Positions 1 to 9,043 of a DNA stretch of 64,000 nt are shown here, piece after piece (the first letter of the stretch is position 1; each line of letters begins with the position of its first letter). A model generated the notes under the pieces. It was not told the origin of the DNA and did not search any database. It was given only the letters and a program-made list of their open reading frames with translations. Source of the DNA: Minisyncoccota bacterium (GTDB lineage Bacteria > Patescibacteriota > Minisyncoccia > Phycocordibacterales > XYD1-FULL-46-19). The stretch covers positions 3,373 to 67,372 of the forward strand of contig JBAYKU010000003.1 in NCBI GenBank assembly GCA_041664425.1, read 5' to 3'. Both the position numbers and the translations under genes were made by a program.

Positions 1-2369
1 TGGCTAAAAAAGATTTCAAACACAAACTAGTCGTTTTTGATGCCCATGCGATTTTGCATCGGGGTTATCATGCTTTGCCTGAATTTACTTCCAGTAAGGG
101 GGAGCCGACGGGTGGGCTCTATGGTCTGACGGCGATGCTGATTCGGATTATTGGTGAATTAAAACCAGATTATTTGGTGGCTTGCTATGATCGCCCTGAG
201 CCGACTTTTCGTAAGCAAGCCTACGATGCCTATAAAGCCAAACGACCAAAAGCTGATGATGGGTTGGTCGCTCAAATTGAAAGATCAAAAGATATTTTTA
301 CCGCTCTCAATATTCCGATTTTTGAATTGCCAGGTTTTGAGGGCGATGACCTGATCGGCACAGTGGTGGAGCAAGCAAAAAAGATTAGTGATTTACAAAT
401 CATCGTGGCTTCTGGCGATATGGATACTTTGCAGTTGGTGGATGGCGAACAAGTCTTGGCTTACACTCTAAAAAAAGGCATCAATGATACCGTGGTTTAT
501 AACGAGAAGATGGTTAAGGAGCGTTTTGGTTTCGGGCCAGAACTTTTACCTGATTTCAAGGGTCTGCGTGGTGACCCCTCGGATAATATTATTGGTATTG
601 CGGGGATTGGGGAAAAGACGGCCACTGATTTGATTGTGGGTTTTGGTTCGATTGAACAAATTTATAAAAAATTAAAAAAGAGTGAGCAGTCTTTTCTCGA
701 TGCGGGGATCAAGGCGCGCATTGTCGGTCTACTAAAAGAAGGGGAGGAGGAAGCGATTTTCTCTAAAACTTTAGCGACCATCAAGCGCGATGTGCCCGTC
801 AAATTTATTTTACCTGATCAGGTTTGGCTAGAGACCATCGATCAGACCAAGGCAGAAAAGATTTTTATGGATTTGGAATTTAAATCATTGTTGGCTCGCC
901 TGAAAGGTCTTTTAAATAATCAGGCGACTAGTAATGAAGTCGAGACGACTTCGTCGTCAGTAGATGAACCAGTGATTGATTCGTTGGATGTTAAAAAAAC
1001 TGGTTTAGCTTTGTGGTTGCTAGATTCTGATTTGACCAACGCCAGTCTCGATGAGATTTATGCTTTTGCTGAAACGAGAGATTTTGCCGTGGCTCAAGAA
1101 AAAATTTTTGCTCGGCTTCACGATCAGGGTTTAGAAAAAGTCTATGAACAGATCGAGTTGCCACTTCTACCGATTATCGAAGCGATGCAAACCCGAGGCA
1201 TCTTGGTAGATAAAAATTTTTTAGCTGACTTGTCTGTTCGTTATCACAAAGAGCAGGATAAAATTAGTCAGAAAATTTTTGCTTTGGTGGGACATGAATT
1301 TAATCTCAATTCTCCTAAACAACTCGGCGAGGTTTTATTTACGGAATTAAAAATTTCACTCAAGGGAATGAAAAAAACGGCGGGGGGAGCTTTATCAACT
1401 CGCGAGTCGGAATTACAAAAAATCGCTGAAGCTCATCCGGTCATTCCGCTCATTCTCGATTATCGCGAATTGCAAAAATTACTTTCCACCTATATCGATA
1501 ATCTGCCGACCATGCTCGATGGCGAAGATCGTTTACATACCACTCTCAATCAAGCGGGGACGACTACTGGTCGGATGTCGTCCAATAATCCTAATTTGCA
1601 AAATATCCCCGCCAAAGGAGAACTCGGTCCAGAGATTCGCAAAGCTTTCGTGGCTAGCCCGGGCTATGAATTTTTGAGTTTTGATTATTCGCAGATTGAA
1701 ATGCGGGTTCTAGCCCTACTGTCTGGCGATACTGATTTGCAAAATATTTTCGCCAATGGTCAGGATATTCATGCTAGTGTGGCCTCGCGGGTTTTTGGCG
1801 TGCCGATGTCTGAAGTGACCAAAGATATGAGACGAAAAGCCAAGGTGATCAACTTCGGCATTATTTATGGCATGGGGGTCAACGCTCTGCGCACTAATCT
1901 CGGTGGCACTCGTGAGGAGGCTCAGCATTTTTATGATCAATATTTTATTACCTTTCCGACCATTAAAGCTTATTTTGATGGAGTGGTCAGCAAGGCAGGC
2001 CAGACTGGCTATACCGAGACTTGGTTTGGTCGTCGGCGTTATTTCCCCGGCCTTCACTCTAAGTTGCCTTTTGTTCGGGCTCAAGCCGAGCGCATGGCGA
2101 TGAACGCTCCTCTTCAGGGGACGGCTGCTGATATTATCAAACGGGCTATGGTTGAGGTGGTAGATAGCCTAAAGAAAAAGTACCTAGAGTCAGAGCTCTA
2201 TCTCCTTCTTCAGATCCACGATGAGTTATTATTTGAAGTCAAAGAGGGTAAAACAAAGGAAGTTTCTAGTGTTTTGATTTCTGCTATGGAAGAGATAGAT
2301 GGCCTCCCTATGAGATTTTTAGTGGAGGGTAAAAAGGGGGAGAGTTGGGGGAAAATGACGGCTTTTTAA
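1..2369 (+). CDS. polA: DNA polymerase I (5'-3' exonuclease + polymerase domains; 3'-5' exonuclease domain essentially absent). True ATG lies 1 nt upstream of the window (frame back-translates to MAKKDFKHKLVVFDAHAIL).
   Basis: N-terminal 5'-nuclease motifs (LVVFDAHAILHRGYHA, GIGEKTA), polymerase motifs (RRKAKVINFGIIYG, QIHDELLFE); only ~75 aa separate the two domains. Confidence 0.9.
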   Translation, partial: AKKDFKHKLVVFDAHAILHRGYHALPEFTSSKGEPTGGLYGLTAMLIRIIGELKPDYLVACYDRPEPTFRKQAYDAYKAKRPKADDGLVAQIERSKDIFTALNIPIFELPGFEGDDLIGTVVEQAKKISDLQIIVASGDMDTLQLVDGEQVLAYTLKKGINDTVVYNEKMVKERFGFGPELLPDFKGLRGDPSDNIIGIAGIGEKTATDLIVGFGSIEQIYKKLKKSEQSFLDAGIKARIVGLLKEGEEEAIFSKTLATIKRDVPVKFILPDQVWLETIDQTKAEKIFMDLEFKSLLARLKGLLNNQATSNEVETTSSSVDEPVIDSLDVKKTGLALWLLDSDLTNASLDEIYAFAETRDFAVAQEKIFARLHDQGLEKVYEQIELPLLPIIEAMQTRGILVDKNFLADLSVRYHKEQDKISQKIFALVGHEFNLNSPKQLGEVLFTELKISLKGMKKTAGGALSTRESELQKIAEAHPVIPLILDYRELQKLLSTYIDNLPTMLDGEDRLHTTLNQAGTTTGRMSSNNPNLQNIPAKGELGPEIRKAFVASPGYEFLSFDYSQIEMRVLALLSGDTDLQNIFANGQDIHASVASRVFGVPMSEVTKDMRRKAKVINFGIIYGMGVNALRTNLGGTREEAQHFYDQYFITFPTIKAYFDGVVSKAGQTGYTETWFGRRRYFPGLHSKLPFVRAQAERMAMNAPLQGTAADIIKRAMVEVVDSLKKKYLESELYLLLQIHDELLFEVKEGKTKEVSSVLISAMEEIDGLPMRFLVEGKKGESWGKMTAF

Positions 2370-2485
2370 GCCTAAAGTTGTCCACATTTGGAAAAAACTT
2401 GCATTTTAGCCCTAAAAACGATAATATTAAGCCACAACTTTCGTTGGAAAGGTCGATCTCAAAAAACCTATAGGTAAAAAAACAA

Positions 2486-2662
2486 ATGAAGAATTATATC
2501 ATCGTTGCCATTGTGATCATTTTGATCATCGCCGGCGTCGTCTGGTACTCCAACAAAGGTACCGTGGCTCCTGTTGACAATATGGCCACCACAACCGCTC
2601 CAGCCGTTGAAGGTACTATTGATACCACTGCTGTTGATGCAACGACTACTACTGCTCAATAA
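2486..2662 (+). CDS. small membrane-anchored protein (58 aa, one TM helix, Thr/Ala-rich tail)
   Basis: ATG at 2486, TM segment IIVAIVIILIIAGVVW, followed by a strong hairpin terminator; not in ORF track because <60 aa. Confidence 0.4.
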   Translation: MKNYIIVAIVIILIIAGVVWYSNKGTVAPVDNMATTTAPAVEGTIDTTAVDATTTTAQ

Positions 2663-2682
2663 TATCTCTGATGTTAAAGAAG

Positions 2683-2720
2683 CAAAACAAAAGACTCTGC
2701 TAGCAGGGTCTTTTGTTTTG
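2683..2720 (+). terminator. rho-independent terminator hairpin (caaaacaaaagac...gtcttttgttttg)
   Basis: perfect 13-bp inverted repeat with a T-run. Confidence 0.6.
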
Positions 2721-2754
2721 CTGGTTTATAAGATTAGTTTATACTTATGGTTAT

Positions 2755-3225
2755 ATGATCACTCTTTCTACTTTTGCTATGGCAATTCGCTTGGTTGCCG
2801 CTTTATTGTTAGGTGGGTTGCTTGGTGTTGAAAGAACGATGGCTGGAAAGATGGCTGGTTTGCGAACCTATGCTTTAGTGTCGATGGGCTCAGCCCTGTT
2901 TGTCATTATTGCTCAGCAGGTGACAGCCTTGTCGGTTTTTAATGGCAATGCCGATCCTTTGCGGGTGGCTTCTCAGGTGCTGGTGGGCATTGGCTTTATT
3001 GGGGCCGGTTTGGTGATGGTCAAAGATTCCAAGCTGACGGGTCTGACAACGGCGGCCGGTTTGTGGCTGGCGGCTGGTGTTGGTTTGGCTTGCGGCTACG
3101 GCCTGATTAGTTTGGCGATTATTTCTACTATGCTCGGCCTGCTAGTTTTGGTTTCCTGGTTTTTGGAAAAGCCTCTCTTGAAGAATGATATTGACGACAC
3201 CTATGAACCCACCGGATCTAAATAA
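2755..3225 (+). CDS. MgtC/SapB family membrane protein
   Basis: motif LLLGGLLGVERTMAGKMAGLRTYALVSMGSALF typical of the MgtC family; start moved to an internal ATG downstream of the terminator. Confidence 0.6.
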   Translation: MITLSTFAMAIRLVAALLLGGLLGVERTMAGKMAGLRTYALVSMGSALFVIIAQQVTALSVFNGNADPLRVASQVLVGIGFIGAGLVMVKDSKLTGLTTAAGLWLAAGVGLACGYGLISLAIISTMLGLLVLVSWFLEKPLLKNDIDDTYEPTGSK

Positions 3226-3811
3226 TCCTAAAACTGTCGCTCTGTTGAAAATCAAGCAGGCGCTCCTCGACGCCGAGGAAGCGCCGCTTTTTAAATATCG
3301 AAAAGATAATAATTATTGGCCGGTGATCGGCGAGGGGAGTCATGAAGCCAAGATCATGTTTGTCGGCGAAGCTCCCGGAAAAAATGAAGCCAAGACTGGT
3401 CGGCCTTTTTGTGGAGCGGCGGGAAAAATTCTCGATGAGCTCTTGGCGGGGATCGGTCTTAAACGCGAAGATATTTATATTACTAATATTGTCAAAGATC
3501 GTCCGCCAGAAAATCGTGATCCACTGCCGGAAGAAATCGCTTACTACGCCCCACTACTAGATCAACAGATTGAAATTCTTCAGCCACGCGTCATTGCCAC
3601 TCTCGGTCGGTTTTCAATGAGCTATTTGTTGACGAAATATTTTTTGCCCGCCAGCACTATTACTGAGATGCACGGACGAGTAATCGAGACCGAGGAAAAA
3701 TATGGGCCAGTGACGATCGTCCCGCTCTATCATCCGGCAGCGGCTATTTATAATCAACACCTGAAAGATACCTTGAAAAAAGATTTTGCAGTTCTAGCTA
3801 GGTTTAAGTAG
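3203..3811 (+). CDS. uracil-DNA glycosylase, family 4
   Basis: GEGSHEAKIMFVGEAPG...GRPFCGAAG motif of family-4 UDG. Confidence 0.8.
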   Translation: MNPPDLNNPKTVALLKIKQALLDAEEAPLFKYRKDNNYWPVIGEGSHEAKIMFVGEAPGKNEAKTGRPFCGAAGKILDELLAGIGLKREDIYITNIVKDRPPENRDPLPEEIAYYAPLLDQQIEILQPRVIATLGRFSMSYLLTKYFLPASTITEMHGRVIETEEKYGPVTIVPLYHPAAAIYNQHLKDTLKKDFAVLARFK

Positions 3812-3820
3812 AATAGGGCC

Positions 3821-4585
3821 ATGAAGCTAATCTCCTGGAATGTGAACGGTATTAGGGCCTGTGTCAAAAACGGCTTTGTGAGCTTTTTGGTTAAGGAAAA
3901 ACCGGATTTGTTGGGCTTGCAGGAAATAAAAATTAGTGACGAAGCGCGCCTCAAAGAGACTTTTGACTTTCAAAATTATGAGGAATTTTGGTACCCAGCT
4001 GAGCGACCAGGGTATAGTGGGACAGCGATTTTAGCTAAAAATAAAGTGGTGGTGAAAAATGGTTTAAGCATCAAAGAACTAGATACTGAGGGACGAGTGC
4101 AGACGGTTGAGCTAAAAGATTTTTATCTGGTCAATGTTTATTTTCCCAATGCCAATCATGAGCTATCGCGCTTAGATTTTAAAATTAAATTCAATCAGGC
4201 CCTTTTAAAATATCTGAAAAAGTTAGAGACTAAAAAACCAGTAGTAGTTTGTGGGGATTTTAATGTGGCCCATCGGGAGATCGACCTGGCTCGACCGAAA
4301 GAAAACGAAGGCAATGCTGGTTTTACAGTGGAGGAGCGGGCCTGGGCCGACGAGCTCGAGCGGGCCGGTTTCGTTGATACTTTTCGTCATTTACATCCCA
4401 CTAAACAAGAGTACTCTTGGTGGAGCTATCGAATGATGGCTCGGGATCGGGATGTCGGCTGGCGGATTGATAGCTTTTGGGTTAGTCAAAAATTGGTGCC
4501 AAAAATAAAAAAAGCTTGGATTTTAGGTGAAGTGTTTGGTTCTGACCATGCACCGGTGGGATTAGAAATTGACTTGTCCTCCTAA
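3821..4585 (+). CDS. xth: exodeoxyribonuclease III / AP endonuclease
   Basis: MKLISWNVNGIRA...LQEIK...SDHAPV ExoIII signature. Confidence 0.85.
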   Translation: MKLISWNVNGIRACVKNGFVSFLVKEKPDLLGLQEIKISDEARLKETFDFQNYEEFWYPAERPGYSGTAILAKNKVVVKNGLSIKELDTEGRVQTVELKDFYLVNVYFPNANHELSRLDFKIKFNQALLKYLKKLETKKPVVVCGDFNVAHREIDLARPKENEGNAGFTVEERAWADELERAGFVDTFRHLHPTKQEYSWWSYRMMARDRDVGWRIDSFWVSQKLVPKIKKAWILGEVFGSDHAPVGLEIDLSS

Positions 4586-4602
4586 CTTTTTAGTTGCGAA
4601 TT

Positions 4603-4857
4603 ATGCAATATGTTTATATTTTAAAAAGTGACGAAGATGATGAACTATATATTGGGTGCACTAAAGATTTAAAGAAGCGTGTCGAATTGCATAATTCAAA
4701 AAAAGTGCCATCTACTGAGAAACGTGGTAGGTTAAAGTTGATATATTATGAAGCTTTCATTAGTAAAGATGATGTTTTTGCCAGAGAAAGATTTTTTAAA
4801 ACCGGTTGGGGTCGAACCAATATCAAGAAGTTATTGTTTAACTTTTTTAACAACTAA
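4603..4857 (+). CDS. GIY-YIG nuclease domain protein
   Basis: YVYILKS...LYIGCTKDLKKRVELHN GIY-YIG motif. Confidence 0.7.
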   Translation: MQYVYILKSDEDDELYIGCTKDLKKRVELHNSKKVPSTEKRGRLKLIYYEAFISKDDVFARERFFKTGWGRTNIKKLLFNFFNN

Positions 4858-4873
4858 AAAGTTTGGAGGATAA

Positions 4874-5590
4874 ATGCTCTATCTCATCCACGGTCGTGAC
4901 ACGATCAAAAGTCAAAATAAGTACAACGATCTCATTATCTCTCTGCGTGAGCGTCAGCCGGACAGTGCAGTTTTTTTATTGAACGAAGAAAATTTTAGAG
5001 AAGCGCAGTGGCAAGAACTTTTAGTAGGACAGAGTTTGTTTTATCAAAAATATGTTGTCGGTGGTAATCGTCTTTTGGCTAATAAAGAATTTGGACCGAT
5101 TGTGGCAGAGAATATTGAAGAGCTGGCTAAGTCGCCACATATTTTTATTTTAATTGAAGAAAAGTTAGATTTGAAAATCTTTGAAAAAATTGAGAAAAAT
5201 GCTGACAAGGTTTTGTTTTTTGATAAGAAGGAGGCCGAGGTGGGGGAGACTTACAATGATTTTGCGGTGGCCGATGCCCTGTGTCGTCGGGATAAGAAAA
5301 AATTATGGTTAGAATATATCAAGGCCATAAACGATGGGCGAGAAGCAGATATGATTTTTTGGCAATTGTGGTGGCAGTTGAAGATGTTGTTGGTAGCTAA
5401 AATGACCAAGCAGAAAACTCCTAAGACCATCAAGCCTTTTGTTTTTAATAAAGCCATGCGTGGTGCCGGAAACTATACCGAAGAAGAATTAAAAAGTTTG
5501 GCCGGGAAAATGGTTCGCTTCTATCATCAAAATTTTCCCGGCAGCGAAGACTTTGCTTTTGGTTTAGAAAAAATAATTTTGGAGATCTAA
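4874..5590 (+). CDS. putative DNA polymerase III delta subunit (HolA-like)
   Basis: size and an N-terminus (LYLIHG.D...) resembling short HolA; weak. Confidence 0.35.
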   Translation: MLYLIHGRDTIKSQNKYNDLIISLRERQPDSAVFLLNEENFREAQWQELLVGQSLFYQKYVVGGNRLLANKEFGPIVAENIEELAKSPHIFILIEEKLDLKIFEKIEKNADKVLFFDKKEAEVGETYNDFAVADALCRRDKKKLWLEYIKAINDGREADMIFWQLWWQLKMLLVAKMTKQKTPKTIKPFVFNKAMRGAGNYTEEELKSLAGKMVRFYHQNFPGSEDFAFGLEKIILEI

Positions 5591-5603
5591 TCTTCATGTT
5601 AAA

Positions 5604-6776
5604 ATGAAAACAATGAATTCCCAATCTGGCTTTATGGTTCAGGTGGTGGCTATTGTTTTGGCAGTAGTGGCGATTATTTTGATGGTCTCTTTTGGTTCAC
5701 CTCTTAATTTTTCCTGGCCCATAAAAAACCAGACAGCTGCCGCTAGTCAATCTTTAGTCGAAGCGACAACTTCAATTAAAATCATCGAAGTAGCTAATCC
5801 AGTCGAAACGTCTTGGAAGCAGGTTGAACCCAGTCTAATTAAATTTCCTGGTCGTGATTCTCATGCTACCTATGAATTTAACGGCAAGTTATTTTTGACT
5901 GGCGGTTTGGATGCAACCGGGACTGGCCCTGCCAATAATCCAGTTTATGAGAAAGCTAAATATTATAATGATATTTGGTCCTCAGATGACGGTGAAAATT
6001 GGACTTTAGTTAAAGCCAAAGCTGATTTTCCACCTCTCCGTTCGATGTCCGTTGTTAATTTCAAGGGTGCTCTATATATGTTTGGTGGTTGGGGGCCGAC
6101 TGTCGGTTATAAAAATGGGATTTGGAAATCGACTGATGGTATCGTTTGGTCTAGGATCGCTAACACATCTTTCGATGAACGTGAGGGGCAGAAGGTAATA
6201 ATTTTTAATGACAAGCTATGGCTGATCGGAGGGGTAAATTATTTTACTAAAAAAACTTTTAATGATGTCTGGTCTTCGTCTGATGGGGTGGCCTGGAGAA
6301 AAGAAGTGGCCAATGCTCCATGGCATTCTCGCTGGGATCATGATGTGGCGGTTTTTAATGACCAGATTTGGTTGGTGGGCGGAATGAATTTTAATGGCGT
6401 GGGCTATGGCGATGAGTGGAGGTCAGAAGATGGAAAAAAATGGACTCGGGTGACAGAGCTGGCGCCATGGAAAAAACGTCAGGGCCAAGCCCTAGTAGTT
6501 TTCAAGGATCTGATGTGGTTGATTGGTGGTATTGATGCCAAGACTAGCGAGGGGATAGGCGATACTTGGTTTACAAAAAATGGGGTTGATTGGCAGAAGA
6601 CAGAAATAGATGGCGGTTGGTCGGGTCGGGAGGATCACGAAGTTAATGTTTTCAAAGATAAGATCGTTATTACTGGTGGAATGAATGGTAATTTTGAGTG
6701 GCTGAATGATGTTTGGGTGGCCACTGTCCCGGTGGAGAAGGTGGAGGTGAAAGTCGATGAAATGGTCTCTAGGTGA
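5604..6776 (+). CDS. secreted/membrane-anchored beta-propeller repeat protein (six Kelch/Asp-box-like repeats W-S-x-D-G-x-x-W ... GG)
   Basis: N-terminal TM/signal, repeated WSSDDGENW / WKSTDGIVW / WSSSDGVAW / WRSEDGKKW / WFTKNGVDW blades. Confidence 0.5.
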   Translation: MKTMNSQSGFMVQVVAIVLAVVAIILMVSFGSPLNFSWPIKNQTAAASQSLVEATTSIKIIEVANPVETSWKQVEPSLIKFPGRDSHATYEFNGKLFLTGGLDATGTGPANNPVYEKAKYYNDIWSSDDGENWTLVKAKADFPPLRSMSVVNFKGALYMFGGWGPTVGYKNGIWKSTDGIVWSRIANTSFDEREGQKVIIFNDKLWLIGGVNYFTKKTFNDVWSSSDGVAWRKEVANAPWHSRWDHDVAVFNDQIWLVGGMNFNGVGYGDEWRSEDGKKWTRVTELAPWKKRQGQALVVFKDLMWLIGGIDAKTSEGIGDTWFTKNGVDWQKTEIDGGWSGREDHEVNVFKDKIVITGGMNGNFEWLNDVWVATVPVEKVEVKVDEMVSR

Positions 6777-6842
6777 TTTTTCTTTACTTTTTTGCTCAAA
6801 TTGGTATTATTTGCTTGCTTTTTTAGATATTTAGAGAAGTTG

Positions 6843-6917
6843 TTGCCCCGTTAGCTCAGCTGGTAGAGCAGTTGCCTTTTAAGCAAACGGTCGTAGGTTC
6901 GATTCCTACACGGGGCA
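6843..6917 (+). tRNA. tRNA-Lys (anticodon TTT)
   Basis: cloverleaf GCCCCGT...ACGGGGCA, anticodon loop CTTTTAA, T-arm GGTTCGATTCC. Confidence 0.85.
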
Positions 6918-6988
6918 CAAAATAAAATAACCGACCTGTGAGCGGTTTTTATTTTGTGCCTAATTGAATTCTAAGTTAGGATGTTTTT

Positions 6989-7462
6989 ATGGCTAAAAAA
7001 GACCTATCGCTAATTCTCCATAATATCCGCAGTTCTCACAATGTGGGGGCGATTTTTCGTACGGCTGATGGGGCAGGGGTGAGTAAAATTTACCTGACTG
7101 GTTATACCCCGAAACCGATTGACCAATTTGGCCGACCAGATAAAGCTCTGGCGAAGACTGCTCTCGGTGCCGAGAAGACTATAGCCTGGCAATATCTGGC
7201 TTCCGCCTCAACTTTGATCAATAAACTTAAGAAATCAGGTACAGAAATTATCGCCTTAGAACAAGCGCCTGATTCGGTAGATTTCCGGCGGGCTAAAATC
7301 AAATGGCCGGCCGCCCTCTTGTTGGGCGAGGAGGTGGAGGGGGTTAATAAAGCGCTACTAAAAAAAAGTGATCAGATTATTGAAATCCCGATGCGAGGGC
7401 AAAAAGAATCACTCAACGTTTCGGTGGCCACCGGTATTGCAGTTTATGAAATTTTGAAGTAA
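6989..7462 (+). CDS. TrmH/SpoU family RNA 2'-O-methyltransferase
   Basis: SpoU methylase motifs (HNVGAIFRTADGAG, LLLGEEVEGV, NVSVATGIAVYE). Confidence 0.8.
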   Translation: MAKKDLSLILHNIRSSHNVGAIFRTADGAGVSKIYLTGYTPKPIDQFGRPDKALAKTALGAEKTIAWQYLASASTLINKLKKSGTEIIALEQAPDSVDFRRAKIKWPAALLLGEEVEGVNKALLKKSDQIIEIPMRGQKESLNVSVATGIAVYEILK

Positions 7463-7512
7463 TTTAGATAAGGTTTTTCTGAATATTTTTTAAAAATTTG
7501 ATGAGCCAAGTG

Positions 7513-7685
7513 TTTTTTAGGGGGAAAGGATTTTCTAAGTTCACCCTATGGAATAGCAAAGCGAAATTTGTCAAAAAAACTTACTTAATTTCAAAATGGC
7601 TGGGCTTGGGTCTGGGTTTTGAAATTAAGAAAGTTTTTGAACAAATTTATTCCATGGGGCAGGAAAAATCCGTACCCTAAAAAAT
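7513..7685. mobile_element. MITE-like element copy 1 (~173 bp) with ~22-bp terminal inverted repeats TTTTTAGGGGG...AAAAATCCGTACCCTAAAAAA and an internal palindrome TTAATTTCAAAA/TTTTGAAATTAA
   Basis: TIRs read directly; a related copy lies at 15537-15625 in opposite orientation. Confidence 0.5.
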
Positions 7686-7747
7686 AGCTTGGAGAAGAAA
7701 TGTAAAAAATGTTTAGAAAAACTGTTTACTAATTTATTTATAAAACT

Positions 7748-8425
7748 ATGGAAGAAACTGGTTTGACTAAAATTACGCTCCTGTCGATCATCACCATTTT
7801 GATTGTTGGCTCTTTGATTGGGGGAAGTATTTATTTGAAAAAAGGTGAGGGGAGCGATATGGCCACTAGTTCACTGGCCATGGTTGGGGCAATTAATAAT
7901 CAAGCTAGTTCTACTAATCAACAAACAACTATGCCAGAAATAACTATTGATAAAAATAAAAATTACAGCGTTGTGCTTCATACCACTGAAGGTGATATTG
8001 CTATCGAGCTTGCGGCTCAGGCGACCCCAGTTACTGTTAATAATTTTGTGACTTTAGCTAAAAAAGATTTTTATAACGGCACGATTTTCCATCGGGTGAT
8101 CAAGGGCTTTATGATCCAGGGTGGTGATCCGACAGGTACGGGTATGGGTGGTCCTGGTTATAAATTTAACGATGAACCGTTTGCTGGTGAATATACTCGC
8201 GGGACAGTGGCCATGGCCAACGCTGGTCCCAATACCAACGGTTCCCAATTCTTTATCATGCACGCGGATGTCCCACTACCAAAGGCTTATGTGATTTTTG
8301 GTAAGGTGATATCCGGGATGGAAACGGTGGATAAAATTGCGACCGCTCCCGTTAAGGCTGGTGGTGAGAATTCCTCTCCCATTAATCCAGTTAAGGTGAC
8401 CTCTGTAGAGGTGATAGAGAAGTAG
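7748..8425 (+). CDS. peptidyl-prolyl cis-trans isomerase, cyclophilin type, membrane anchored
   Basis: cyclophilin motifs (FHRVIKGFMIQGGDPTGTG, GTVAMANAGPNTNGSQFFI); N-terminal TM helix. Confidence 0.85.
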   Translation: MEETGLTKITLLSIITILIVGSLIGGSIYLKKGEGSDMATSSLAMVGAINNQASSTNQQTTMPEITIDKNKNYSVVLHTTEGDIAIELAAQATPVTVNNFVTLAKKDFYNGTIFHRVIKGFMIQGGDPTGTGMGGPGYKFNDEPFAGEYTRGTVAMANAGPNTNGSQFFIMHADVPLPKAYVIFGKVISGMETVDKIATAPVKAGGENSSPINPVKVTSVEVIEK

Positions 8426-8447
8426 TAAAAGTAGTAGAGTAGTAAGC

Positions 8448-8497
8448 AAAAACCCCTGATTTGTGCGAAGTCGGACTTCGCACAAATCAGGGGTTTT
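8448..8497 (+). terminator. strong rho-independent terminator (20-bp perfect stem)
   Basis: aaaacccctgatttgtgcgaagtc / gacttcgcacaaatcaggggtttt. Confidence 0.75.
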
Positions 8498-9043
8498 ATT
8501 GTAAAAAAGGAACGCCATCACTGGAGGTGATGGCGTTAGACGAAAGAGAATGGAAAAGGGACCCCGCTCGTAGAGCCTTTGGGTAGGTGGCTAGCAAGAG
8601 ACCTTATCACCCTCCGCAATCATCTGGCCGGATGATTGTTTCAAGCAATTTGGCTTTCTACCTAGCGTCCTTTACGCGCCCTTCCATACTGAGCGATCAA
8701 CTCAGTTAATATCTACTGGATGAAGTGGCGTACCATGATTAACCAGCATAACCATGCAGTCTTTACGATTCCGACTGCCGGCGCTTTTCCAGTCCTCTTT
8801 CAATTCCACTGACATTTCTAGCAGATTTGATTGTTTTTGGCAATGAAAAAGGCCATCGCAGAGAGAATCGCCTTTTTCGCTCGCCACTACTGGGTTGTGA
8901 CCTTTCTCGTCTATGGGCAGACTTGCGATGGCCTGTGACGACAATGTATCAAGATAGATTATTTTTGGCAATGGCTACAGAAATGAGCCCTAACAGTTTT
9001 TATTTCATAAAACTGAAAGGGTAAATTCCTCAACTTTGGCATA

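Noticed and set aside
7498-7680. 60-aa ORF in the trmH-ppiase intergenic region
   Set aside because: It lies entirely within the MITE-like inverted-repeat element and has no RBS or protein-like features, so it is most likely non-coding.
8702-8971. 89-aa minus-strand ORF downstream of fpg
   Set aside because: It has no recognisable motifs or RBS and sits in a structured GC-rich intergenic region, so it is more plausibly part of an ncRNA.
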